Positions 8,735 through 18,208 of a DNA stretch of 64,000 nt are shown here, piece after piece; positions within the stretch are counted from its first letter, which is position 1; each line of letters opens with the position of its first letter. The stretch is taken from the NCBI GenBank assembly GCA_031401235.1, contig JANNRJ010000004.1, forward strand, positions 3,311 to 67,310, given 5' to 3'. This stretch comes from Actinomycetota bacterium (lineage in GTDB: Bacteria > Actinomycetota > Acidimicrobiia > Acidimicrobiales > Ilumatobacteraceae). Under the pieces are notes generated by a model. It worked only from the letters and a program-made list of their open reading frames with translations, searched no databases and was not told the origin of the DNA. The translations under genes and the position numbers were made by a program.

Positions 8735-11700
8735 TCACCGTACACGCTCCACAGTTAAAGCAATCGGAGTTCCATCAAGTTCGGTTGTTGGGGTCAGTGA
8801 ATTGTCCCAGACGACGCTCAATGCCAAGGTTTCGCGCATCAGAGTCGGCATATGAGCATCAACTTGGTCGCGTAGGGTCCGTGACGCTCCGAGGGTAAGC
8901 AGGATCCGATCCGTGACGGCCAATCCGGCCTCACGGCGGGCCTGTTGGACGAGCCGAATCACGTCGCGGGCGGCTCCTTCGGCTTCAAGTTCAGGGGTCA
9001 TGGTGATGTCAAGGGTCACCATTCCTTCGCCGTCGCTCAAAACGGATACTGCCGATGCCTCATCGTTACTGAGTGCTGCTTTGCTCACCTTGAAGAAATA
9101 CTCATCGGGGTGTAGCTCAACTTCATCGATCAATACAACTTCCCCTCTTTTTGTCCATTCACCTCGTTTAAATGCGGCAAATAAAGATGGGGTTTTCGTC
9201 CCCAATCGAGGGCCCAGGAGTTCTGGACGCAACTGAAGTTCCTTCCGCGGTAGATCACTGACATCGGTAGTGAGAATGACATTTCGCACATTTATCTCAT
9301 CTGATATCAGTGGAATGAATGGTCTCAGCAACTCGGCAATCGGGGATGCAATGACCACCGACGCAAGTGGCAATCGAACCCGAAGTCGGTGCGACTTGCG
9401 CAACGACAACGCAGTGGAACAAACGTCGCGAACTTGATCCATCACTATCATCAAATCTTGGTCGTCGACGAAGACTTCGAAATTTGGCCATGACTGCAGA
9501 TGAACACTGCGCTCGCCGGTGAGTCCTCGGAATATTTCTTCTGAGGTAAGTGGCAATAGCGGAGCGGAAATCAAACTGACGGTGTGCAACACGGTGTGCA
9601 AGGTATCGATGGCATCTTTGTCACCTACCCAGAATCGATCCCGACTGCGACGTATGTACCAATTTGTCAACACATCAAGAAATGTCCTGATCTTCTGGCA
9701 GGCAACAAACAAATCGTAGGCGTCAAAAGCGAGTGTGGTTTCGTTGACTAGTGTTCGCAATTTTGTGAAAATATAGCGATCGAGTACATGCGCGCTGTTG
9801 CTTCGAAGTTCGCCACTCGTTTTTTCGGCATTGGCATACAGCGACAAAAAATACCAACTGTTCCACAACGGAAGCATCACCTGTCTGACAGTGTCTCGAA
9901 TTCCCTCTTCGGTCACCGCAAAATCTGATCCTCTCAAAATCGATGACGAAAGCAGGTACCAACGCATTGCGTCGGCGCCATGAGTATCGAACACCATCAT
10001 CGGATCGGGATAATTTCGCAAACTCTTGGACATCTTTTGCCCATCGCCTCCAAGAATATTTCCGTGACTTACACAAGTAGAAAACGCTGGACGATCGAAT
10101 AGCGCCGTGGCGAGCACATGCAAGGTGTAAAACCAACCACGAGTTTGCGGGATGTACTCAACGATGAAGTCACCGGGATGGTGATGCTCAAACCATTCTT
10201 GATTCTCAAACGGATAATGCACCTGAGCGAATGGCATCGAACCGCTCTCGAACCAGCAATCAAGGACTTCTGGAATGCGACGCATCATCGATTTTCCGGT
10301 TGGGTCATCCGGGTTTGGTCTCACCAGATTGTCAACGGCCGGACGATGCAATTCGGTGACAGTTCCGCCAAAATCACGCTGGAGGTCACTGATACTGCCG
10401 TAAACATCGATTCGTGGATAGGACGAGTCGTCGCTCTTCCACACCGGAAGCGGTGAACCCCAAAAGCGATTGCGACTGATATTCCAGTCGCGAGCGTTCT
10501 CTAGCCATTTTCCGAAACTTCCGTATTGCAAATGCTCCGGAATCCAGCAAATCTCATCGTTCAATTCCAACATCCGTTGTTTAATCGTCGCAATATTGAC
10601 GAACCATGACGAGACCGCCATATAAATGAGTGGCGTACCAGTTCGATAGCAGTGCGGATACGAGTGGTCGTAGGTCTCGTGTCGCAACACCACTCCCCGC
10701 TGTTTAAGTGCGCGAATGATTTGCGGGTTGGCATCAAAAACCAGCGTGTTCTGATAATCGGGAACTGCAGCGGTGAATCTTCCGCGGCTATCCACCGGCA
10801 CGACTAAATCGATACCAGCCAGATCACACACTCGTTTGTCATCTTCGCCGAAGCCGGGGGCAAGGTGGACAACTCCCGTGCCCTCGTCGGTGGTAACAAA
10901 GTCACCTGCCAGAACGGTGAAAGCATTTGGTTGATTCATGAAGTACGGAAACAGCGGTGTGTAGCGACGACCCACTAGGTCGGCACCGGTCATCGTCGCC
11001 ACCGTCACGCCACCGTCCAGTTCCTTGGCGTAGGCGGCTAGTCGGGATTCAGCCAAAATATATGTGTGGTTGTTTAGCCGCACCGCGGCATAGACAACGT
11101 CTGGCGCAACGGCGAGGGCCAAATTGCTTGGCAGTGTCCACGGCGTGGTTGTCCAGGCCAGCAATTCTTCGCCGCTGTCGAGTTGGAATCCAATTGTCAA
11201 TGCCGGGTCTTGAACTTGTTTGTAGGCATCGTCCATTTTTGTTTCGGTATTTGACAACGGGGTTTCAAGCGCCCACGAGTAGGGCAACACTCGAAAACCC
11301 TCATAAATGAGCCCCTTGTCCCATAACGTCTTGAATGCCCACATCACACTCTCCATGTACGACAGATCAAGAGTTTTGTAATCGTGTTCAAAATCAACCC
11401 AGCGGGCCTGACGATTCACATATCGCTTCCAATCATTGGTGTATTGCAATACGGACACCTTGCAGTAATCGTTGAATTTGTCGATTCCATAATCGGTGAC
11501 GGCCTGTCGTCCGGAAATCCCGAGTTGACGTTCGGCTTCTGCTTCGACCGGCAATCCGTGACAATCCCAACCAAAGCGACGCTCCACTCGCTTTCCCCGC
11601 ATTGTTTGATATCGGGGAACAGCATCTTTGACAAAACCGGTCAATAGATGTCCATAGTGCGGTAGTCCATTGGCAAACGGTGGCCCATCATAAAAGACAA

Positions 11701-11836
11701 ACTCGTTGTCACCCGATTTTCCGACATCAATCTGGTCTACAGAAGCGGCAAACGTGCCGTCGGTTGCCCAGTAATTCAGCGTGCGCGTTTCAAGTGCCGG
11801 AAAGTTTGGCTGAGGGTCGACCTGCGGATAACTCAC
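8735..11836 (-). CDS. ileS: isoleucine--tRNA ligase
   Basis: 1033 aa. HIGH-type motif PHYGHLL and KMSKS motif (QKMSKSL). GTG start at 11836. Confidence 0.97.
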   Translation of the reverse strand: MSYPQVDPQPNFPALETRTLNYWATDGTFAASVDQIDVGKSGDNEFVFYDGPPFANGLPHYGHLLTGFVKDAVPRYQTMRGKRVERRFGWDCHGLPVEAEAERQLGISGRQAVTDYGIDKFNDYCKVSVLQYTNDWKRYVNRQARWVDFEHDYKTLDLSYMESVMWAFKTLWDKGLIYEGFRVLPYSWALETPLSNTETKMDDAYKQVQDPALTIGFQLDSGEELLAWTTTPWTLPSNLALAVAPDVVYAAVRLNNHTYILAESRLAAYAKELDGGVTVATMTGADLVGRRYTPLFPYFMNQPNAFTVLAGDFVTTDEGTGVVHLAPGFGEDDKRVCDLAGIDLVVPVDSRGRFTAAVPDYQNTLVFDANPQIIRALKQRGVVLRHETYDHSYPHCYRTGTPLIYMAVSSWFVNIATIKQRMLELNDEICWIPEHLQYGSFGKWLENARDWNISRNRFWGSPLPVWKSDDSSYPRIDVYGSISDLQRDFGGTVTELHRPAVDNLVRPNPDDPTGKSMMRRIPEVLDCWFESGSMPFAQVHYPFENQEWFEHHHPGDFIVEYIPQTRGWFYTLHVLATALFDRPAFSTCVSHGNILGGDGQKMSKSLRNYPDPMMVFDTHGADAMRWYLLSSSILRGSDFAVTEEGIRDTVRQVMLPLWNSWYFLSLYANAEKTSGELRSNSAHVLDRYIFTKLRTLVNETTLAFDAYDLFVACQKIRTFLDVLTNWYIRRSRDRFWVGDKDAIDTLHTVLHTVSLISAPLLPLTSEEIFRGLTGERSVHLQSWPNFEVFVDDQDLMIVMDQVRDVCSTALSLRKSHRLRVRLPLASVVIASPIAELLRPFIPLISDEINVRNVILTTDVSDLPRKELQLRPELLGPRLGTKTPSLFAAFKRGEWTKRGEVVLIDEVELHPDEYFFKVSKAALSNDEASAVSVLSDGEGMVTLDITMTPELEAEGAARDVIRLVQQARREAGLAVTDRILLTLGASRTLRDQVDAHMPTLMRETLALSVVWDNSLTPTTELDGTPIALTVERVR

Positions 11837-11865
11837 GGGTCGTCAGTGTAGAAGAACTTGAGTCT

Positions 11866-12120
11866 TTAGCACCCAAGGATGAGGCGTTGAACCACAATAT
11901 TGAGGAACAACAACACCACAAGCGGGGACAAATCAAGCGGACCAAATGCCGGTAACGATCGGCGCACGGGAGCAAGCACGGGTTCGGTGGCAACATGAAC
12001 CAAGCGCAAAATCTGACCCATTGGACCATTGGGGTTGATCGGGAACCACGACAACAGCACCCTGGCCAAAATTAGTAACGAAAATATCTCGGTTACCGAG
12101 CACAGCAGACTGACGATCAT
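11866..12120 (-). CDS. yggT: YggT family membrane protein
   Basis: 84 aa, two TM helices, ILARVLLSWFP motif. Follows sepF as in other actinobacterial division clusters. Confidence 0.75.
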   Translation of the reverse strand: MIVSLLCSVTEIFSLLILARVLLSWFPINPNGPMGQILRLVHVATEPVLAPVRRSLPAFGPLDLSPLVVLLFLNIVVQRLILGC

Positions 12121-12144
12121 ATAACAGCCGTACCAAATGTATTG

Positions 12145-12690
12145 CTAATCGCGATTGACACGCGCGCCCGGCGGTTTGATCAGAAACACACCTGCGGCAA
12201 CTTTTTCTAGAACGCCAGCTGTCACGTACACCAAGCCGCTGACAAAATCTAATAGGCGACGTGCCGTATCCGCATCCGCGGAACCAAGATTCATAATTAC
12301 CGGTTGACCTTCGCGGTAATGATCTGCAATTTCTTTGGCTTGATCAAATCGAGACGGACGAATCGTGACAGGTTCGGCAATATTTACAGGAAGCGGACGC
12401 ACGGTTGGTGACTGCCGATTACCACCAACTGGTCGAACGTGCACGCTTGAGTCGTCCCGAGGCGGCGCTGATCTTCGCTGAGGGGCGGGCCGATCGTTGA
12501 TGTATTCGTCGTCGTAATCGTCGTCGTCATATTCGTCATTTGACTCAACCACTCGGCGGCGATCGCGGACCTGACGATTTGGAGGTTCTCGTCTGGCGGG
12601 ACGCTCGCGAGCAATCGATGCGTCGTAGTCGTCGTATACGTCGTCTGGGCCTAAACCCAAATAATCCATGGCCCGACGAAACATCGACAT
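12145..12690 (-). CDS. sepF: cell division protein SepF
   Basis: N-terminal MSMFRRAMDYLGL amphipathic helix, acidic/Pro-rich linker, and C-terminal core RPSRFDQAKEIADHYREGQPVIMNL...RLLDFVSG. Confidence 0.9.
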   Translation of the reverse strand: MSMFRRAMDYLGLGPDDVYDDYDASIARERPARREPPNRQVRDRRRVVESNDEYDDDDYDDEYINDRPAPQRRSAPPRDDSSVHVRPVGGNRQSPTVRPLPVNIAEPVTIRPSRFDQAKEIADHYREGQPVIMNLGSADADTARRLLDFVSGLVYVTAGVLEKVAAGVFLIKPPGARVNRD

Positions 12691-12695
12691 CCCCC

Positions 12696-13385
12696 TTACT
12701 TTATCTCATCGGGCGTCAACCGTGACGGACGGTGGCCAAACAGCGCGGTTCCCACGCGAACCAATGTTGCCCCCTGTTCAACCGCAATTTCAAAATCTCC
12801 GCTCATTCCCATCGACCGCTCGAGTAGTCCAAATTCGTTGGCAAGATCGTTAAGGAGCCCGAATGCGCGACGAGTGAGGGCAACGTCTCCACTGGTCGGA
12901 CCAATAGTCATCAGGCCAGACACCTGCAATCCACCTGTGCGCGCCCGGGCCAGCAACTTGGGGACGTCGTTGGGATCACAACCCGCTTTGGACGGTTCAT
13001 CAGTGGTGTTCACCTGCAACATGATCGAGGCAAATTGGGACTTGGTCCGTGTGGCGGATCGTTTTATGATTTCGTCCACTACTGAGGCGCGATCCACCGA
13101 TTGCCATACATCCACAAGGTCGATCAGCGACTTCACTTTGTTGGATTGAATTTGGCCAATGAAATGGACCGGCAGCCGCTGACTCGGCTCAACGAGAGCG
13201 ATTTTTTGAATTAGCTCCTGGGCGTAGTTCTCGCCTACCCCATCACAGCCAGCGTCATAGGCATTGATCATCGCCTCGGCACCCCAAGATTTGGTTACCG
13301 CAACAAGTTGTACGCCGACTCCACCCAATTGATGGATCCGTTGACGAATCTCGTCTACTCGCTGTCGTATTCGGTCAACGTCCAC
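12696..13385 (-). CDS. yggS: YggS family pyridoxal-phosphate-binding protein
   Basis: 229 aa. VAVTKS PLP-lysine motif and HFIGQIQSNK. Located between ftsZ and sepF. Confidence 0.9.
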   Translation of the reverse strand: MDVDRIRQRVDEIRQRIHQLGGVGVQLVAVTKSWGAEAMINAYDAGCDGVGENYAQELIQKIALVEPSQRLPVHFIGQIQSNKVKSLIDLVDVWQSVDRASVVDEIIKRSATRTKSQFASIMLQVNTTDEPSKAGCDPNDVPKLLARARTGGLQVSGLMTIGPTSGDVALTRRAFGLLNDLANEFGLLERSMGMSGDFEIAVEQGATLVRVGTALFGHRPSRLTPDEIK

Positions 13386-13406
13386 TTTCGGGACGACTAA
13401 AACTTG

Positions 13407-14495
13407 CTATTTGAGAAACGACGGAACATCGAATTCGTCATCGTCATCCGAGCCCGAGTCGGCTCCTCCGAAGAGTTCCTTGAGTCGATGGCTCTTCGTA
13501 TCGACCCGACCGTCGCCACGGGAAATTGTGCGTGGAGCTCCAGCATCCCATCGATCAAATCCAGCGGCGATAACAGTGACTCGAATCTCATCGTCGAGCT
13601 CATCATCGATCACGGTACCAACAATGATCAGTGCGTCTTGATGAGCCACGGCATGGACTACTTCGGCGGCGGCATTGAGCTCGAACAGTCCCATGTCGGA
13701 AGGACCTGCCACATTGAGCAGGATTCCACGCGCGCCATCGATGGCCGCCTCCAACAATGGCGAAGTAATTGCCGCAACTGCCGCATTGGTCGCTCGATTG
13801 TCGCCTCTGGAGCTACCGATACCCATCAACGCGCTCCCGGCGTTGGTCAGAATCATTTTCACATCGGCAAAGTCTGTGTTGATCAAACCTGGAACTGTGA
13901 TTAACCCCGTAATGCCGGAAACACCCTGCAACAAAATGTCATCAGCCATCTTGAATGCGTTGAGCAAACTTGTTTTCTCGGTCGCCACGGTGAGCAACCG
14001 CTCGTTTGGAATAACAATGAGTGTGTCAACTTTGTCTTTCAACTTGGCAATTCCGGCGTCTGCTTGCACAGACCTGCGGCGTCCTTCAAACGCAAACGGT
14101 CGAGTGACGATACCTACCGTAAGCGCACCGGCGGCCCGGGCAATCTCGGCAATAATCGGCGCAGCACCCGTACCAGTCCCACCACCTTCACCAGCAGTAA
14201 TGAAAACCATGTCGGCGCCACTAACGGCTTCTTCGATTTCGCTTCGATTTGCTTCCGCGGCAGCGCGACCAATTTCGGGATCACTTCCCGCTCCGAGCCC
14301 GCGCGTTAGGTCACGACCAATATCTAGTTTAAAATCGGCGTCACTCATCAATAGTGCTTGAGCATCCGTATTGACTGCGATGAATTCGACACCCTTAAGG
14401 CCAGCATCGATCATGCGGTTGATTCCATTCACACCGCCGCCACCAACACCGATCACTTTGATCACTGCGAGATAATTCTGCGGTGCTCCAGCCAT
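13407..14495 (-). CDS. ftsZ: cell division protein FtsZ
   Basis: Tubulin signature [10 protein letters not shown] and C-terminal peptide [12 protein letters not shown] prefer the ATG at 14495, which has GGAGGAG 8 nt upstream, over the track start at 14525. Confidence 0.97.
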   Translation of the reverse strand: MAGAPQNYLAVIKVIGVGGGGVNGINRMIDAGLKGVEFIAVNTDAQALLMSDADFKLDIGRDLTRGLGAGSDPEIGRAAAEANRSEIEEAVSGADMVFITAGEGGGTGTGAAPIIAEIARAAGALTVGIVTRPFAFEGRRRSVQADAGIAKLKDKVDTLIVIPNERLLTVATEKTSLLNAFKMADDILLQGVSGITGLITVPGLINTDFADVKMILTNAGSALMGIGSSRGDNRATNAAVAAITSPLLEAAIDGARGILLNVAGPSDMGLFELNAAAEVVHAVAHQDALIIVGTVIDDELDDEIRVTVIAAGFDRWDAGAPRTISRGDGRVDTKSHRLKELFGGADSGSDDDDEFDVPSFLK

Positions 14496-14581
14496 TAGTA
14501 ATTCTCCTCCAGGTTGACACCGCAATTTACTAGCGGCGAATTCAGGGTAAACATCATCATAAACAACATGTCGATGACAAC

Positions 14582-14606
14582 AGCCTTACACATTAGCCTT
14601 ACACAT
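14582..14606. repeat. tandem direct repeat, 2 x 12 nt (minus strand ATGTGTAAGGCT-A-ATGTGTAAGGCT)
   Basis: AGCCTTACACAT at 14582-14593 and again at 14595-14606. It lies 3 nt downstream of the murB-ftsQ stop, in the 114-nt leader before ftsZ. Confidence 0.8.
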
Positions 14607-14609
14607 GCG

Positions 14610-16787
14610 TCAGACCGATTTCACCACTGGTGTACCGCTCGATACATCAATAGAAATGATCTGTTCTGGGTTTTGCCGGCGTAGCAAAACCACTACCGAA
14701 ATGAGCTTGTTTCTAATGTCAACCGGTGGGCCAAAATTGATAATCGTGCCAGTCGTAAGGGTCATTGTTAACTGATTGGGACCGGCCACACCGAGGCTGG
14801 CCACTAACCCATCGAGTTCATCAGGAATTGAAGTAGCCAGTTGGGCCGCAGCCATATATTCAATACTGGCCACTGCCCCAGCCGTTAGATTCGGCCCAAT
14901 TCCAGTGATTTGGCGATATTCAGTTGGCTGTCCGATAACTACCGACAGAACTCGTCCTTCACTGTCTATAACTCGAGCCCGATTGTCGACCCCAAGAAAC
15001 CAACCTGCCGGAGTTCGTTCGTCGATCTCAATAACCACACGATTCGGAAAATACGTGCGAATTCGAGCAGCTTCGACCCAAGGATTACTTTCCAGTCGAC
15101 GTTCTGCGTCTCTGGTATCGACAGTTAGTACAGAGTGACCCTTCAGAGACTCGACAACGCTTTCGATGAGAGCGGCATCTGTGTATTGGGCACCCTCAAC
15201 CGATACTTGGCGAACCGCCACCAGTGGTGACGCTAAAACCACAACTGCGAGAATTCCGAAGATGAAAATTGAACCAAGAAAAAGGAGCACTCGTTTTCGC
15301 CGCTTCGTTGAATTTTTTGGCACAATTCGAAGTCGAACAGACCGCAGTCTTTGCCTAAAACCGCTGAACTTGGGTGAGCCATCATCATTGGTCCGCCCAT
15401 CGTCGATTCCGAGTAGTGAACCAATTTGCTGAGTTGAATTGTCGATGTCGTCAATAACTATTCGGGTCGATGTTGGCGCATGGTGAACCGTTTGCGAACG
15501 CACATCGGCGGGAAAGTCAACATCGCTTGGTTGTCGTAACTCATCATCTTCAATGATGATCCGATCTTGTGGCCCATCTTCGGAGATAGTTTCCACCCTC
15601 GGGATTGCAATTGGGGTTCCATCACTGTTGAATGCGTCTCGAAGTTCGTCGAGCACTCCATGAGGTATGTCTTCTGTTCCGACGAAAGCCCCACCTTTGC
15701 GAATTAATGTGAGTGGAATTGTTGCGTCTCGCGGATCTGAACCGTCGTGGGATACGCCAAAGACTTGTTCCAAGCGAATTGTTGCCACACTCGTGTCGGT
15801 GACACTGCCGATGACGTCAGCCAGGTCGGGATGAGTGTGGGGATCAAAACCGACGAGTCGGATTTCGGTTCGCAATTCATAGCCGTAAGTCTCACGAACA
15901 CGATGCCGAATCTCGGCCATCAATGCCACAACATCACGAGCGGAACCGCCAATATCTGCCTGAATGAAATTGGCATGTTTTTCAGAAATGCTGGCGGTAC
16001 CAAATCGAGTCCCACGAAGTCCTAATTGGTCAATCAACTCCCCTGCCGATTGCTTTCCAGGCTCAGGATTGATGAATACCGACCCCGCATTCTGGCCACC
16101 GGGCTGATGCTCGCGTCGCCACCGAACGATTTCAGCGAGTTTTTCCTCGCCAATCGATACATCTCCCCAACTCAATTGCAGTGTTGTATTCAACACGATG
16201 TGATGGTCGGTTAATGCCGATCCTCGAAACCGAAGCCCTAAGTCAACGGCCTGGACATTGGCTTCAATTCCCTTAATCAGGTGATACACGCGAACCCGAC
16301 GCAGTGAAGCAGCCATATCCGAGCCGTGACCACCGGCATTCATGCGCACACCGCCGCCCACCGTCCCAGGTACTCCAACCGCCCACTCAAAGCCGGCTAG
16401 TCCGCGGTGGACACTTTGACGAGCAGCAACGGGCATCGACACCGAGCCGCCAAGCACCGCGATCGGATCTTCGCCAGGATCAGGAAATGAAATTCCTTCG
16501 GCAAATTCACCAAGGCTTATTGCAAGTCCCCGAAACCCTTCGTCCGCCACGAGCAAGTTACTTCCATGACCAATAACTAGCAGTGGCAAGTGCGTGTCGC
16601 GCAATGCCACGCTTACGAGATGAAGATCCTCAATCGACTCGGCGTGAACATGAATTGCCGCCGACCCACCGAGTCGATATGTCGTAAACGGCGCCAACGG
16701 CACATTGATGGCCGCCAATTCACCGAGAATTTCAACCGCAAGTCTTATATCGTCGTCGGTTGGTTGCCTTCGTCCGATCATGTGCAT
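14610..16787 (-). CDS. fused UDP-N-acetylenolpyruvoylglucosamine reductase (MurB) and cell division protein FtsQ
   Basis: One uninterrupted 725-codon ORF. Residues ~1-345 are MurB (PFTTYRLGG, IGHGSNLL, GGVRMNAGG, SEKHANFI). Then comes a ~150-aa acidic linker, a KRRKR patch, a TM helix VLLFLGSIFIFGILAVVVLASPLV and a ~200-aa POTRA/FtsQ ectodomain. Confidence 0.8.
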   Translation of the reverse strand: MHMIGRRQPTDDDIRLAVEILGELAAINVPLAPFTTYRLGGSAAIHVHAESIEDLHLVSVALRDTHLPLLVIGHGSNLLVADEGFRGLAISLGEFAEGISFPDPGEDPIAVLGGSVSMPVAARQSVHRGLAGFEWAVGVPGTVGGGVRMNAGGHGSDMAASLRRVRVYHLIKGIEANVQAVDLGLRFRGSALTDHHIVLNTTLQLSWGDVSIGEEKLAEIVRWRREHQPGGQNAGSVFINPEPGKQSAGELIDQLGLRGTRFGTASISEKHANFIQADIGGSARDVVALMAEIRHRVRETYGYELRTEIRLVGFDPHTHPDLADVIGSVTDTSVATIRLEQVFGVSHDGSDPRDATIPLTLIRKGGAFVGTEDIPHGVLDELRDAFNSDGTPIAIPRVETISEDGPQDRIIIEDDELRQPSDVDFPADVRSQTVHHAPTSTRIVIDDIDNSTQQIGSLLGIDDGRTNDDGSPKFSGFRQRLRSVRLRIVPKNSTKRRKRVLLFLGSIFIFGILAVVVLASPLVAVRQVSVEGAQYTDAALIESVVESLKGHSVLTVDTRDAERRLESNPWVEAARIRTYFPNRVVIEIDERTPAGWFLGVDNRARVIDSEGRVLSVVIGQPTEYRQITGIGPNLTAGAVASIEYMAAAQLATSIPDELDGLVASLGVAGPNQLTMTLTTGTIINFGPPVDIRNKLISVVVLLRRQNPEQIISIDVSSGTPVVKSV

Positions 16788-16795
16788 TCAATCAT

Positions 16796-18208
16796 CTAAT
16801 TACTTGACAACTCTTTGGATTTTCCAATGTCGCGCAATTGTGTCCTTTGAGAAATGACGTCTTCGGGAAGGGATGCAATGTCCCCACAACCCATCGAGAT
16901 GCACAGATCGCCAGCGCGCAATTGAGAGGCGAGATAATTAATGACTTGCATGCGTTGTGGCAGCCAGACCACTTGTGCCCGAGGATGGGAGTCGAGAATT
17001 GCATTGACCACAAGTTTGCCAGTTACTCCTGGTATCGGAGTGGTACCTGATGGGTAGATATCGGTGATGACGATGACATCTGCAGGGAGAAATGCATCTG
17101 CATACGCAGGTGAAAGCACCGACATTCGGTTGTAGCGATTCGGTTGAAACACGGCGACAACTCGATTCCATGAATCGGATGAATCTCGCGCTCCGGTCAA
17201 TACCGATCTGATTTCTGCCGGTAAGTGTGCATAGTCGTCGATAAAAGTGACTCCCGCGTCAATTCCCCGCGGATCAAATCGGCGAGCCACCCCACCAAAT
17301 CGGCTCAGTGTTTGAGAAGCGCTCTCAAAGGTGACCCCGAGAGTCATTGCCATTGTTAGCGCCCCAAGTGCGTTGAGAACATTATGTTGACCACGCAATG
17401 GCAGGTTCACGCGTCCCAAGATTCGATATTCCGCGTCTTTTTCACCGCGAGTTTGCACATCAAATGCGCACCTGCCGTGTTCAAATACAATTTGTGTTGC
17501 CATCACGCTGGCCCCAGCAGTAATCCCATACGTAATCGCTTTGTGTTTGTCGGCAAATTGGGCGCAGCGAACATCGTCAACGCAGAGCACCTTTGGACCG
17601 GATATCCCGGACAGATATTCATCAAATCCGGCCAGGATTCCGTCAATATCCCCAAAGTGATCCAAATGATCGATATCAATATTTGTGAGAATCGTGCCGA
17701 CGAGCGGAAGTTGTCGATAGGTCCCATCGCTTTCGTCGGCTTCCACGACCAACATCGAACCCGTTGACCATTTCGCCCCGGTGCCTACCTCAAGCACATC
17801 GCCGCCAATGATAAAACTAGGATTCATTCCGGCGTCGGCAAGCATCAACATCAACATTGACGAAGTGGTCGTTTTCCCGTGCGTACCGGCGACTCCAATT
17901 GAACGTCTTTGGGCACAAATATCGGCCAACATCTGGGCTCGGGTGAGCACTTTGATGTTTCCAATCCGAGCGGCTACAAGCTCGATATTGTCAATTGGAA
18001 TGGCTGTCGAAGCCGTCACTGCGTCGCATCCGATTACTGCAAGTGCGTCATGACCAACATTGATTCGAATGCCTAGTGCTCGCAATGATTTGAGCACTGA
18101 TGATTCGCGAATATCACTACCCGACACATCGTGATTCATCTGGGCAAGAACGATGGCAATTGCGCTCATGCCCGGACCACCAACACCGACAATATGAATA
18201 CGACTCAT
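16796..18208 (-). CDS. murC: UDP-N-acetylmuramate--L-alanine ligase
   Basis: 470 aa. HIVGVGGPGMSAIA N-terminus and Mur ligase P-loop GTHGKTTT. dcw position between murG and murB. Confidence 0.93.
   Translation of the reverse strand: MSRIHIVGVGGPGMSAIAIVLAQMNHDVSGSDIRESSVLKSLRALGIRINVGHDALAVIGCDAVTASTAIPIDNIELVAARIGNIKVLTRAQMLADICAQRRSIGVAGTHGKTTTSSMLMLMLADAGMNPSFIIGGDVLEVGTGAKWSTGSMLVVEADESDGTYRQLPLVGTILTNIDIDHLDHFGDIDGILAGFDEYLSGISGPKVLCVDDVRCAQFADKHKAITYGITAGASVMATQIVFEHGRCAFDVQTRGEKDAEYRILGRVNLPLRGQHNVLNALGALTMAMTLGVTFESASQTLSRFGGVARRFDPRGIDAGVTFIDDYAHLPAEIRSVLTGARDSSDSWNRVVAVFQPNRYNRMSVLSPAYADAFLPADVIVITDIYPSGTTPIPGVTGKLVVNAILDSHPRAQVVWLPQRMQVINYLASQLRAGDLCISMGCGDIASLPEDVISQRTQLRDIGKSKELSSN

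Noticed and set aside
13675-14361. 228-aa plus-strand ORF, plus ORFs 13404-13904 and 14064-14309
   Set aside because: They lie entirely antisense to ftsZ, which is unambiguous. Their Ser/Ala/Pro-rich composition is typical of shadow frames.
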